A program made the position numbers and the translations under genes. Below, in pieces: positions 50,009 to 62,304 of a stretch of 64,000 bases of DNA. Source of the stretch: Eledone cirrhosa (taxonomy: Eukaryota); the NCBI GenBank assembly GCA_964016885.1, contig OZ024757.1, positions 1,674,001-1,738,000 of the forward strand, written 5' to 3'. The stretch's first letter is position 1. Each line of letters opens with the position of its first letter. The notes beneath the pieces were generated by a model that had not been told where the DNA came from, did not search any database, and saw only the letters and a program-made list of their open reading frames with translations.

Positions 50009-50930
50009 ACGGATGGGATGACAGAGTTCTTTGAGATACTGGCTGGAGTGCTCCAGGGAGATACATTGGCTCCCTACCTTTTTATCATCGTAGTGGACTA
50101 TTGTATGCGCCTTGCACTGGAGAAACACCAGGACTCTGGCTTTACTGTAGCACCGGCTCAGAGCAGGAGAGTTAAGCGAAAAAGATATTGGATGCTGAAT
50201 TTGCCGACGACATAGTTTTGGTGACAAATACAGTGAAGGAGGCAGAGGATTTGATGCAGGAGGTTGAGACTGTGTCGATGAGTGAGGGGCTGAGAATGAA
50301 TGAGACTAAAACAAAATATCTGGTATAGAATGTTGAGAAGCCAGAGGGGATCACTAATGTAGGCGGGAAGCCACTAGAATTGGTTGAGGACTTCCTGTAT
50401 TTGAGAGCAAACATTGGGAATACGGAAGATGATGTGGTTGAGAGGAAGACAAAGCCTGGGCGGCGTGCCACAGCTTGAGCTCGGTGTGGAAGTCGGACCT
50501 TCGTAAAGACCTGAAAATCCGCCTCTTCATTGCTGTAGTGGAGTTTGTGCTGCTGTACGGGTTTGAAACTTGGACACTGACCAAGAAACTCACTCAGAAA
50601 CTACACGAGAATGCTGAGGATGGCTCTGAACATTAATCAGTATACACCAGAGCTGTACGAGAGCCTCCCAAAAGTCAGCTCAAAAGTGACACAGAGGAGA
50701 CTGAGGTTAACTGGACATGCTCACCGACATCCAGAGTTGACATTGCACTCAGTGCTCCTGTGGGAGCCCCTGCATGGACACACTGGAAGAGGAGGACCGA
50801 GGTTAACGTATGTTGATGCCCTAAGGACATACACTGGTCTGTTAGAGACGCAGGAATGGCAGCGACAATGAGGGACAGAGACCGTTGGAGAGAACTCGTC
50901 CATGGATCTCGAGAATTTTACCCGCCATAG
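50009..50930 (+). mobile_element. RTE/RTEX-group LINE 3' fragment, degenerate; 3' end duplicated at 51107-51190
   Basis: GVLQGDTLAPYLFII, FADD, DFLYL, LLYGFETWTLT, RRLRLTGHAHRHPE, LLWEP. Confidence 0.85.
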
Positions 50931-51332
50931 AATACACTATATATACACTATATATATATATATATGCAGTATATATACATTATATATAAACTATATACAC
51001 ACTATATATACACTATATATATATATACAGTATATATACACTATATATACACTATATATACCATATATACACTATATATACCATATATACACTATATATA
51101 CACTATAGGACATGGCAGCGATAATGAGGGACAGAGACTGCTGGAGAGAACTCGTCCATGGATCTCGGGAATTTTACCCGCCTTAGAATAGAATACACTA
51201 TATACACTATATATATACTATATATACCATATATACACTATATATACACTATATATACACTATATATACACTATATATACACTATATATATATACCATAT
51301 ATACACACTATATATACCATATATACACTATA

Positions 51333-52233
51333 CAGGGTGTTCGGGATAAATTTGACAGAATAATATTTGGTTGTTTTTTCAGATGTTTTAAATTCATTCA
51401 TGCCCACTAGGCTTTATTTGAAAGTTTAAACCCTCCTTCATTCATATATGTGATGACAACGAGAATGGATGACTGGGAGCCACCTGAATCATGGAAGAGA
51501 ATAACTTGTATCATGATGATTCGCGCCGGCCATCAAAATAAGGAGATTATGGTCGCTGCTCAATGCTCCCTGAACACTGTAAAAACAATCCGGCATGAAC
51601 TGGAGAATTGCAATGGAGACTACGAGGCTGTGGCTAGAAGAAAGAAACATAACAGAAGATCTGATTGCTCTCGCACAGCAGAATTCATCGAAAATCTGCA
51701 GAAAAAAGTGTTGGAGGACCCTGGCATCGGAATTCGGTCTTTGTCGCATGAATTGAAGCCCTGGATAACAAGGGTAGCCAATAATAGGCCGTATGTATGG
51801 CAGCTGGATTCGGCCCCCTGCCACACCTCGGGGAAAAGTCAAAAATGGTTGTCAGCCAATTTTTACGACTACACCAGTCCCAATGTTTGGCCTCCGAACT
51901 CCCCTGATCTTAACCCGATGGACTATTATGTATGGGGCGCTGTAGAGAAAGACACCAATCGCCATGCCAGTACTACAAAAGCCCAGTTAATCAACAGAAT
52001 TAAAGTAGTTTTTGAGGGCCTTCCTAGGGAAAGTGTAAAATCAGCTTGCTCTAGGTTCCGGGCCCGGATTGAGGCTGTAATAGACGCTAATGGAGGTTAT
52101 TTTGAGTAAAACTCTTTGACAATAGTGTAATTTCCTTCTCCATTGAATTTCTTTTAAACCAAATAAATTTTGTAGATACCAAGCACTTTTTCTTTTTCCT
52201 GATGAAACTGTCAAATTTATCCCGAACACCCTG
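51333..52233 (+). mobile_element. Tc1/mariner superfamily, DD37D (maT)-type, internally deleted
   Basis: Perfect 26-bp TIRs cagggtgttcgggataaatttgacag; TA on both sides; ORF 51450-52109 with QLD-37 aa-D (WPPNSPDLNPMDY). Confidence 0.93.
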
Positions 52234-52694
52234 TATATACACTATATATATACACTATATATATATATATACACTATATATATATACACTATATATATAT
52301 ACACTATATATATACACTATATATATATATATACACTATATATACACTATATATACACCATATATACACTATATATACACCATATATACACTATATATAC
52401 ACCATATATACACTATATATACTGTATACACTATATATACACTATATACACACCATATACACACTATATATACACCATATATACACTATATATACAGCAT
52501 ATATACACCACATATACACCAAGTCCGAACACAAATGTCACAAACTCCCACTGCCATGGCCTCCGTCCCTCCCCAGCCCTCACTAGTAAGTGGGAGCCAA
52601 AGCACTGGCCACTCCGCTGCCTCGGTGGACAGAAGAGAGAAGGTGAGGGAGACACACTTGAAGAGCGATTCCGCGAGGCTCACACCTTTTTATC

Positions 52695-52979
52695 TTAGCC
52701 CTTTAGCATTTAAACCAGCCAGATCCAGCCTGTTTCTCTCACCTCTTTCTGTTTAAACTCGCCTCTCATACTCTTTTACCTGTTCTAGCCATCCAGCTGA
52801 GGCCATGCTGGGGCACCGCCCTTGTGGAGCCCCAGGTGAGGAACGAACTCACGACCTTCAGATTATGAGACTATATTAAATAACATCAAAATCTCATAGA
52901 TTCCATACTATGTCAGATAAAATGTTTACCATGAAAATACAATAGTAAATATAGAGTAATGTAAATATTAAAGGGTTAA
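52695..52979. mobile_element. piggyBac-like MITE, interrupted by the insertion at 52769-52872
   Basis: ttag-ccctttagcattta ... taaatattaaaggg-ttaa termini (CCC/GGG ends; TTAA on the right, mutated ttag on the left). Confidence 0.6.
52769..52872 (-). pseudogene. Chimeric retrocopy: 3' half of elongator tRNA-Met(CAT) with CCA, fused to CR1 family 2 3' tail
   Basis: Minus strand agtctCATaatctgaaggtcgtgagttcgTtcctcacctggggctCCA + caagggcggtgccccagcatggcctcagc...caggtaaaagagta (matches about 33908-33964). Confidence 0.85.
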
Positions 52980-53190
52980 TAATTTATAAAGTTAGAGCAA
53001 TTTTGGTAGGGTCATGTTAAAATGTTAAAAACTTATCAGGTCTCACTATATGGTTTAGAGAGGTCACTGTCAAATACTCAGGAAATAATCATATTTCATC
53101 ATAAGGGCCTTCATAAGGGCCTCAAGTGTAAAATGAGTTCAGGAAAAATTTAAAGTGAATCATTTTTCTTTTATCTTTTATATATATATA

Positions 53191-53860
53191 CTGTAAAGTT
53201 ATGTAGGTGTCATGACAAAAAGCACCCAGTCCACCCTGTAAAGTGGTCATGTAGGTGTCACAACAAAATGCACCCAGTCCACCCTGTAAAGTGGTCATGG
53301 TGTCACGACAAAAAGCACCCAGTCCACCCTGTAAAGTGGTCATGTAGGTGTCACAACAGAAAGCACCCAGTCCACACTGTAAAGTGGTCATGTAGGTGTC
53401 ATGACAAAAAGCACCCAGTCCACCCTGTAAAGTAGTCATGTAGGTGTCACAATAAAAAGTACCCAGTACACACTATAAAGTGGTCATGTAGGTGTCACGA
53501 CAAAAAGCACCCAGTCCACCCTGTAAAGTGGTCATGTAGGTGACACAACAAAAAGCACCCAGTCCACCCTGTAAAGTGGTCATGGTGTCACGACAAAAAG
53601 CACCCAGTCCACCGTGTAAAGTGGTCATGTAGGTGTCACGATAAAAAGCACCCAGTCCACCCTTTAAAGTAGTCATGTAGGTGTTACGATAAAAAGTACC
53701 CAGTCCACACTGTAAAGTGGTCATGTAGGTGTTACGATAAAAAGTACCCAGTCCACACTGTAAAGTGGTCATGTAGGTGTCACGATAAAAAGTACCCAGC
53801 CCACACTGTAAAGTGGTCATGTAGGTGTCACCACAAAAAGCACCCAGTCCACACTGTAAA
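53191..53860 (+). repeat. 48-bp tandem repeat (about 14 copies) derived from a SINE internal segment
   Basis: ctgtaaagtggtcatgtaggtgtcacgacaaaaagcacccagtccacc; the last unit runs into the SINE tail at 53860-53995. Confidence 0.92.
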
Positions 53861-54449
53861 TGTGGTTGGCGTTAGGAAGGGCATCCTGCTGTAGAAATAA
53901 CCCAGAAACAGTGGTATATGAGCAAGACACGGTCACCTGACCCAACTTGCCTCTAATGGGGCAACCCATGGAAAATGGATTTTAAACAATGATGGTATAT
54001 ATAATTAGTTATAAGAGTAACATACACAGGTACTCGAGTTTCTTTGGGTTGTTTACTTGTACTTGTTATTGTTGTAACTAATTTGGGGGGGAGGAGTCAA
54101 TTAAATCAACCCTAGTACATTACTGGAACTTTATTTTATCAACCCCAGCACATTACTGATACTTTATTTTATCGACCCTGTAAGGATGAAAGGCAAAGTT
54201 AAACTTGGCGGGATTTGAACTCATATCGTAAAGGGACGTAACTATGCTGGAAAGCATGGCGTCCGACCCTCTACCAATACTGCCAATCCCCCACCCTTTA
54301 AGTATTGATGTATTTTGTTATTCCAAATTTTTTTTAGAAACTTTATATACGGGTGTGGGGGTGGGGAATAGCAGAATGTTGAGTGTTTAGAGATGGATAG
54401 ATATCTTTCTTTATTTGGAGATGGCTAGATAGATATATATAGAGAGATG

Positions 54450-54488
<39 letters not shown>

Positions 54489-54513
54489 TGATAGACAGAT
54501 AGACAGATAGATA

Positions 54514-56612
54514 GATTTCTTTATTAGCCACAAGGGTGCACAAGAAAAGGGGACAATACAAAGACACATGCCGGGGATTTTACATACAATCGTGTAAAAA
54601 TATGAAACAAACAATTATAACAATTGAAATCCCCAATGGGGGGGAAGCGCCACAAATGGGTTGTTTAATACCCCGTCGATAGAACAACCCTCAACTCCAG
54701 GAGCGTGTTGTGCAAGTGCTCCCTTCTTCCTTTTGCTCTCTTCTTCAACCTACAGGCTTATATACAGAGAAGGCCCAATCACTCGGGCCATTTTTGCTAC
54801 ATTCACCCACCTTTCAGTAAATTTACTCGGGTGCAGTGCCTCTCTCTCCACTCTGATTCTCCTTCTAAAGTGAAACTTAAAGAAGGGAATGAGTTGTTGT
54901 TCGGAGAGAAAGGCATCTGTCCTCAGTCCTCTCAATCTCGTCCACCATATAACACCTTTCACCATAGCCACTGTACAGAGGAAAACCGCCTCTCTTTCGT
55001 TTTTGAAAGAGGCTGGCGGTTTGATCCTTACTATGGACTCGGCAATCAACTGGATTTGTCCCATACGCAACAGCAGTTGTTCCGCATAGTTCCACAGGTC
55101 AGTTACGCCCAGGCAGTGTACAATTGCGTGCAGGACTGTTTCAATGTCCTGCTCGCATCTTGGACACGTCCTCTTGGAAGGATCCCTGCCGGAGCGTCCG
55201 TGCCTGTAGATCTTGTCTCGAACTGGTAGAGCTCCTCGGTAGCAGTGCCAGGCCAGGGTCCTCTGGAAGTTGTCCATAGGTCCCGGGCGGAAAGTCCTAC
55301 CAAACAGACTGGTGAGTTCGTCGTCTTCGATGCCTAGAGTCTCTCCGAGCTCGTCGTCGCCCTTGTGACGTACTAACCCTCTATAGAATGTCGAACTGGA
55401 GTCTCCACTGATTGCCGTGCCCGCTTGACAGAGGACTGTGAGCGCCTGAGCGCATTCAATGTGCCAGGCGCCCATCTTCTTCAGTCTTCGCTTGACCCAG
55501 GACTGCAGCTCCGTCAGCGAGACAAGTTGCGGGAAGGCCTGTCTCACAAACGGTGCCCACACCGGTTGGTCGGTGAGGAATACCTGTAGGTGCCGTAGCC
55601 TCAGCGCATGTTTGCACATCATCAGCCACAGCATTCCCAGCCCTCCGTTGGAAGGGTGCTGACAGCAAACGGATCTCCTCACCAGTAGAGCCTGCTTCTT
55701 CCAAAGGAACTGGAATAGCATGCGTTCCATCTTGGTGAGATGTTCACGGGGACAAGGCACGACGGTCAAGTGGTAGTAGATGACGGACACTATGAAAGTG
55801 TTTTCCACCTCCGCTCGACCTTTCAAAGATAATTTGCACTTTGCCCACTTCTGGGTGAGCGCAAATACCTTGGCCGTGACCTCATTCCAGTTTTTCTCCA
55901 CCGAACCAGACTCCGAGCAATTTCACCGGTCCATCCGTCCAGCGTCCAACAACGCTGTCGGACAGCATCGGTTTGCCTCTCCATGTTCTGAGTTGCAAAC
56001 CGACAGACTTGTCCGGGTTTAGTTTTGCTCCTGTGAGACTTTCATATTCCTGCAGTAAGTTTCCGATCGCCCCGATTTCCGAAGTTTCCGACACCATTAC
56101 TGTCCGTCATCGGCATAATCCGACGCCGCTTTCCGCAGTCCCAGTTCCAACGGGATGCCCTGCAGCAGCTCCAACTTCCGCAGTAGTGGCTCTAGAGTCA
56201 ATACGTACAGAATGGAGGAGATAGGGCATCCCTGTCGGATGGAACGCGTGATTGCGAACGGCTTCGATAGGTGGCCGTTCACTTTGACCGTCGAGCAGAT
56301 GTTGGTGTGCATTGCTTTGATCCAGCCTCTGAAGATGGGTCTGAAACCGGCCGCCTTGAGAACTGCTTCCAAGTATCGATGGTCAACCCTATTGAACGCT
56401 TAGACTGATCTGGTCGGAATTGCACATGTTTGTGCTTTCCCTACCACGTTCTCGACGACAAGCACCAACCTCATTGCCAACACCTTGGCCAAAATCTTTA
56501 ACTCTGTGTTTAGCAGAGTTATGGGCCTAAAGTTGCTTAGTTCGTCCCCCTTGTTCTCGTCTTTCCTGATCAGTATTACTACGCCCCTGCCTGCAGAACT
56601 GGGAATTCTCCC
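54514..56612 (-). mobile_element. Tx1/L1-clade LINE, 5'-truncated RT to 3' end, frameshifted
   Basis: NFRPITLLNTELKILAKVLA, RQGCPIS..LYVL.LEPLL, YADD, LSLKGRA, GGLG, CPRC..ETVLHAIVHC; both flanks are GATA-type repeats. Confidence 0.9.
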
Positions 56613-56644
56613 AGATAGATAGCTAGACAAATAGATAGATGATA

Positions 56645-56832
56645 TCACTGAAATGCTTTTGCAGTTTTCTCCGCAGGGCATTTGTCCACCCCTTTCATCT
56701 ACCTTTTGATCTATATGGTCCAAGATGTGTGAATTACTTGCTGGGGGGGAGGGGGTTATTTTTTCCTTGCCCCCTTTTTTTTTTTATTTGCAAAATTATG
56801 TTGATGTCAGCCCTTGTGGCCAATAAAGAAAT
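56645..56832 (+). mobile_element. Isolated Tx1-family 3' UTR
   Basis: Ends tcagcccttgtggccaataaagaaatc, as at 39467-39494 (-). Confidence 0.7.
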
Positions 56833-57009
56833 CAATATTATGTCGGTTATAGTAATAATAAAAATATTATTATTATTATTATTATTATTATTTAGGTTAA
56901 CTTTGCCTTTCATCCTTCCGGGGTCGATAGAATAAAGTACCAGTAATGCACTGGATAATTGCTGGCCTTGTGCCAAAAGTAGAAACAATTATTATTATTA
57001 TTATTACTG

Positions 57010-57115
57010 TGACCGACAATTTTAGAGAAGTGCTTCGTCCAACGTAAATCACTGTTGACAGTAATGCCCAGGTCACGTTCACAAGAAGACTGCTTGATAT
57101 TAGTGTTGTGGAGGG
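57010..57115 (-). mobile_element. Small CR1-type RT remnant
   Basis: Translates to SSCERDLGITVNSDLRWTKH. Confidence 0.65.
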
Positions 57116-57118
57116 AGT

Positions 57119-58185
57119 AAGTTGTGATGTCTGTTATATTAAGTTGTGATGTCAGTTATATTAAGTTGTGATGTCTGTTATATTAAGTTGTGATGTCTGT
57201 TATATTAAGTTGTGATGCCTGTTATATTAAGTTGTGATATCTGTTATGTTAAGTTGTGATGTCTGTTATATTAAGTTGTGATGTCTGTTATATTAAGTTG
57301 TGATGTCTGTTATATTAAGTTGTGATGTCTGTTATATTAAGCTGTGATGTCTGTTATATTAAATTGTGATGCCTGTTATATTAAGTTGTGATGTATGTTA
57401 TATTAAGTTGTGATGTATGTTATATTAAGTTGTGATGTCTGTTATATTAAGCTGTGATGTCTGTTATATTAAGTTGTGATGTCTGTTATATTAAGTTGTG
57501 ATGTCTGTTATATTAAATTGTGATGCCTGTTATATTAAGTTGTGATGTCAGTTATATTAAGTTGTGATGTATGTTATATTAAGTTGTGATGTCAGTTATA
57601 TTAAGTTGTGATGTCTGTTATATTAAGTTGTGATGTCAGTTATATTAAGTTGTGATGTCTGTTATATTAAGTTGTGATGTCAGTTATATTAAGTTGTGAT
57701 GTCTGTTATATTAAGTTGTGATGTCTGTTATATTAAGTTGTGATGTCTGTTATATTAAGTTGTGATGTCAGTTATATTAAGTTGTGATGTCTGTTGTATT
57801 AAGTTGTGATGTCTGTTATATTAAGTTGTGATGTCAGTTATATTAAGTTGTGATGTCTGTTATATTAAGTTGTGATGTCTGTTATATTAAGTTGTGATGT
57901 CAGTTATATTAAGTTGTGATGTCTGTTATATTAAGTTGTGATGTCTGTTATATTAAGTTGTGATGTCAGTTATATTAAGTTGTGATGTCTGTTATATTAA
58001 GTTGTGATGTCAGTTATATTAAGTTGTGATGTCTGTTATATTAAGTTGTGATGTCTGTTATATTAAGTTGTGATGTCAGTTATATTAAGTTGTGATGTCT
58101 GTTATATTAAGTTGTGATGTCAGTTATATTAAGTTGTGATGTCTGTTATATTAAGTTGTGATGTCTGTTATATTAAGTTGTGATG
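57119..58185 (+). repeat. 22-bp minisatellite (aagttgtgatgtctgttatatt), about 48 copies
   Basis: Direct observation; ctg/cag variant units. Confidence 0.97.
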
Positions 58186-58534
58186 CACCTCAGCTCCATA
58201 CACAATAATTTCTAATGCTAATTATACAACTGGGAATAAAATGTCTTTAATTAGTAAAAATAAACATAAAAATAAACATAAAAAGTACCAACCGTGGACG
58301 TGGGGCGGGGGTCATTAAAGAATGAAAGAAAGAAGTAAAGAACTAGAGAAAGAACTAAAGAAAGAAAGAACTAGAGAAAGAACTAAAGAAGTAAAGAAAG
58401 AACCAGAGAAAGAATTAAAGAAAGAAAGAACTAGAGAAAGAAGGAAAGAATTAGAGAAAGGAGGAAAGAACTAGAGAAAGAAGGAAAGAAAGAAGTAAAG
58501 AAGGTAAGAAGTAGAGAAATGTAATAAAACTTAC

Positions 58535-58635
58535 CCCAGTAATTTCTTGGTCAAGTTTAACTTAAAGTTGTTCTTTCCGGAACAAATCAATGTCCGGGTT
58601 GTTAATCGAACAAGGATATTACAAGTTCGAAACAT
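58535..58635 (-). CDS. Candidate first coding exon of a host gene (mitochondrial-presequence-like)
   Basis: ATG..MFRTCNILVRLTTRTLICSGKNNFKLNLTKKLL, followed by a consensus gtaagt donor; R/K-rich with no acidic residues; no family recognised. Confidence 0.3.
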
Positions 58636-59437
58636 CTTAGACAAGTTTCTCTTCTTTTAAATTATTATATATACTCGCCCTTACGGGGTCGATAAAATAA
58701 AGTACCAGTAATGCACTGAGTATTTGCTGGCCTTGTGCCAAAAGTAGAAACAATTATATGTACTCGCTCTCTCTATTTCTCTCTGTTTAACTATCTCTCT
58801 CTCTTTCTTTTTATCTATCTCTCTCGCCGCTCTTTCTCTCTCTGTCTTTCTCACGCACACTCTCTCTCTATATATATATATATATACACCAAACACGTGC
58901 GTGTATGTATGTGTACTTTTGTCTTCCTAAATTCTCAGTAATTTAAATTATTTTACTGATTATATATATATGTGTAAATATAAATGTGTGTATATATCGT
59001 GTTGATATATATGTGTATACGTATGTATATATAAATGTATATATATATATATATATTCCTGTCAGTCTGAAACAACAGCCAGCTCCTGTATAAATATATG
59101 TTTATATATATATATTTATATAAATATAAATATATATTTAGATATTCCTCTCAGAAAATAAGTCACCTCCAGTATATAAACATGAGTATAAATATGTGAA
59201 TATATATATAAGTGTATATATATATGTATTATATATATGTATGTGTGTGTATATATTCCTGTTAGAAGGTAAGTCAACAGTATAAATATGAGTATATATA
59301 TTCCTGTGAGATGTCAGCTCCTGTATATATAATGTGTATATATATATATACTCCAGTGAGAAGATAAGTCAACTCAATTGTTTCACTTTCTCATCTTTCC
59401 CTCACTTTAATCTCCTCCTCCTTAGCGTAATAGAACA

Positions 59438-60795
59438 CCTCTCTCTCTCTACCTCTCTCTTATCCCTTTCTCTCTCTCTCTCTCTCTCTACCTCTCTCTT
59501 ATCCCTTACTCTCTCTCTCTACCTCTCTCGTATCTATTACTCTCTCTCTACCACTCTCTTATCCCTTACTCTCTCTCTCTACTTCTCTCGTATCCCTTAC
59601 TCTCTCTCTCTACCTCTCTCTTATCCCTTACTCTCTCTCTCTCTACCTCTCTGGTATCTCTTACTCTCTCTCTCTCTACCTCTCTCGTATCTCTTTCTCT
59701 CTACCTCTCTCTTATACCTTAACCTCTCTCTCTACCTCTCTCGTATCTCTTATTCTCTCTCTCTTATCTCTTACTCTCTCTCTCTTCACCTCTCTCTTAT
59801 CTCTTACTCTCTCTCTCTACCTCTCTCTTATGCCTTAACCTCTCTCTTTCTACCTCTCTCTTATGCCTTAACCTCTCTCTCTCGTATCTCTTACTCTCTC
59901 TCTACCTCTCTCTTATACCTTAACCTCTCTCTCTACCTCTCTCGTATCTCTTATTCTCTCTCTCTTATCTCTTACCCTCTCTCTCTCTTCACCTCTCTCT
60001 TATCTCTTACTCTCTCTCTCTCTCTACCTCTCTCTTATGCCTTAACCTCTCTCTCTCTACCTCTCTCTTATGCCTTAACCTCTTTCTCTCCACCTCTCTA
60101 GTATCTCTTACTCTCTCTTTCTCTACCTCTCTCTTATGCCTTAACCTCTCTCTTATGCCTTAACCTCTGTCTCTCCACCTCTCTCGTATCTCTTACTCTC
60201 TCTCTCTCTACCTCTCTCTTATGCCTTAACCTCTTTCTCTCTACCTCTCGCACATCTCTTACTTTCTCTCTCTACCTCTCTCTTATGCCTTAACCTCTCT
60301 CTCTCTACCGCTCTCGTATCTCTTACTCTCTCTCTCTCTACCTCTCTCGTATCCCTTACACTTTCTCTCTCTACCTCTGTTTTATCACTTAACCTCTCTT
60401 TCTCTACCTCTCTCGTATCCCTTACTCTCTTTCTCCACCTCTCTCTTATCCCTTACACTTTCTCTCTCTACCTCTCTCTTATCGCTTACTCTCTCTACCT
60501 CTCTCTTATCTGGTGTCATGGTGGTGATGGTGTCGTGGTGCGGTGGTGGTGGTGGTGATGGTGTCGTGGTGTGGTGGTGGTGGTGGTGGTGGTGGTGTCG
60601 TGGTGGTAGTGTGGTGGTGGTGGTGTCGTGGTGTCGTGGTGGTGGTGGCGGTGGTGTGGTGGTGGTGGTGGTGTGGTGATGGTGGTGGTGGTGGTGGAGT
60701 TGGTGGTGGTGGTGGTGTAGTGGTGGTGGCGGTGTGGTAGTAGTAGTAGTAGTAATGGTAGTAGTAGTAGTAGTAACAGTAGTAGTAGTAGTAGC

Positions 60796-60847
<52 letters not shown>

Positions 60848-60870
60848 ACAGTAATAGTAGTAGTAGTAGG
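59438..60870. repeat. CT-rich compound minisatellite followed by (GGT)n and (AGT)n
   Basis: Direct observation. Confidence 0.95.
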
Positions 60871-61049
60871 GGGGGGGGGGGTTTAACAACAGTTGCTATG
60901 GAAGCCCACCTTAAGTCTACCTGTAATTAAGCTCCTCCATTGATTATGTAATTAACACCTCTTTCATCCACCGAATTACTTCCTCCTCCCACACTTCTCC
61001 TTTTTCTTCTTCTTCTCCTCCTTCCTCTCCTCCTCCTCCACTTCCGCAC

Positions 61050-61445
61050 ACAATCGCCAGTGACACCCGCTGCATCAGCCACCCCACCTCGCAGGGCTCC
61101 TTCAGACAGTCTGCTGATGTTCTGGTTGTACAGAGGTCAGTTGTCTCGCGTCCGAGGTCATCGCTAACCCTCGACGGCGGCCGGTACAAAGCGGAAACGG
61201 CCGGACAAGTTCCCATCTTTGTTTGTCCTCCTGTCCTCTACATTGCGGGCCGCAGTACAGGGGTTTGTGGCTGAAGCGATTAATTTGAAGGTGGAGAACG
61301 TGTCACAACATGTGGCGTCCCAGATGAGGGGTTTACCTCCTTTGAACGGGAAGAGGGTAATTCCCCGGAGGAGCCTACCGTCCCCACGGTCGAGTCCTGC
61401 TGGCTCCAGTTGTGATGGAAGCCAGCTGTGTCCAGCATACTTAGC
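61050..61445 (-). mobile_element. CRE-like non-LTR retrotransposon, restriction-like endonuclease fragment
   Basis: LEPAGLDRGDG....GITLFPFKGGKPLIWDATCCDTF...FRFVPAAVE and WLMQRVSLAIV. Confidence 0.75.
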
Positions 61446-62304
61446 GAAATAGTTTTTTTTTTAACTCTTGATAAGGGACATAACCTGTATTTATATAATA
61501 TATATTTCAAGTTATTTCCCTTTATTCAGGGTGTTCACATAGAATGCTAAAAGTAGCAGCTAAATATCCTTTAAATTACATTTTCTGTCTATTAAAAAAA
61601 AAAGAAAATGATATAGCCAATCCTACACACCCATAATAGTAAGGGATGGTCATGACTGGTGCAGTTTTGATCAATGATCTGTTTTACATGACATTACAAA
61701 TTGTTTATAATTCTTACAGAATGAAAATATAAACACATAAATGATTTCTACTATAGACACTAGGCCATCAATTTTAGGGGAAGGGAAAGTCTATTAAATC
61801 GACCCCAGTGCATTACTGGTACTTTAATTTATCGACCCTGTAAGGATGAAAGGCAAAGTTAACCTCAGGACGTCGTAACAAAACAAAGCAAGATATTTAC
61901 GTCCGCCTCTACAACTAATCCACGGCAGGAAATATCGTTCCCTAGAACACTTAAATTAAGTTAGTCAGTTCTAAGCCGAAACTTATCCCAAGTTTAAACA
62001 ACTGAGAGTACAAGACTCTCCCCCTGGACAACCCCTCCCCCAGAATTAGTCGTTTAGTTTGCATATTGTGACCCCAACGCACCCTATTTATTTTATAACA
62101 TATTGGATTTCTAGTAATGTACTTTTGTTGTCATGTATAATGTTTTTTTTAATGTCTAAAGAAAATTAACTGTCGCCGGAATGCCACTACTTAAAATAAA
62201 ACTTCAGAGATAAATTAGGAATATTTATTAAGACACGAAAGTAATTAATGGAGAAAGTTAAGAATATTTTTCTGTTACTACATAAAAGGAAGTCTGAAAA
62301 TAAC

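Noticed and set aside
52520-52645. GC-rich plus-strand exon-like segment ending aag|gtgagg
   Set aside because: No clear acceptor, no recognisable protein, no partner exons.
53191-53860. CRISPR-like regular array (also 57119-58185)
   Set aside because: Head-to-tail units without unique spacers, no cas genes, eukaryotic context.
60506-60889. Pro/His/Tyr-rich ORF
   Set aside because: Translation of (GGT)n and (AGT)n trinucleotide repeats.
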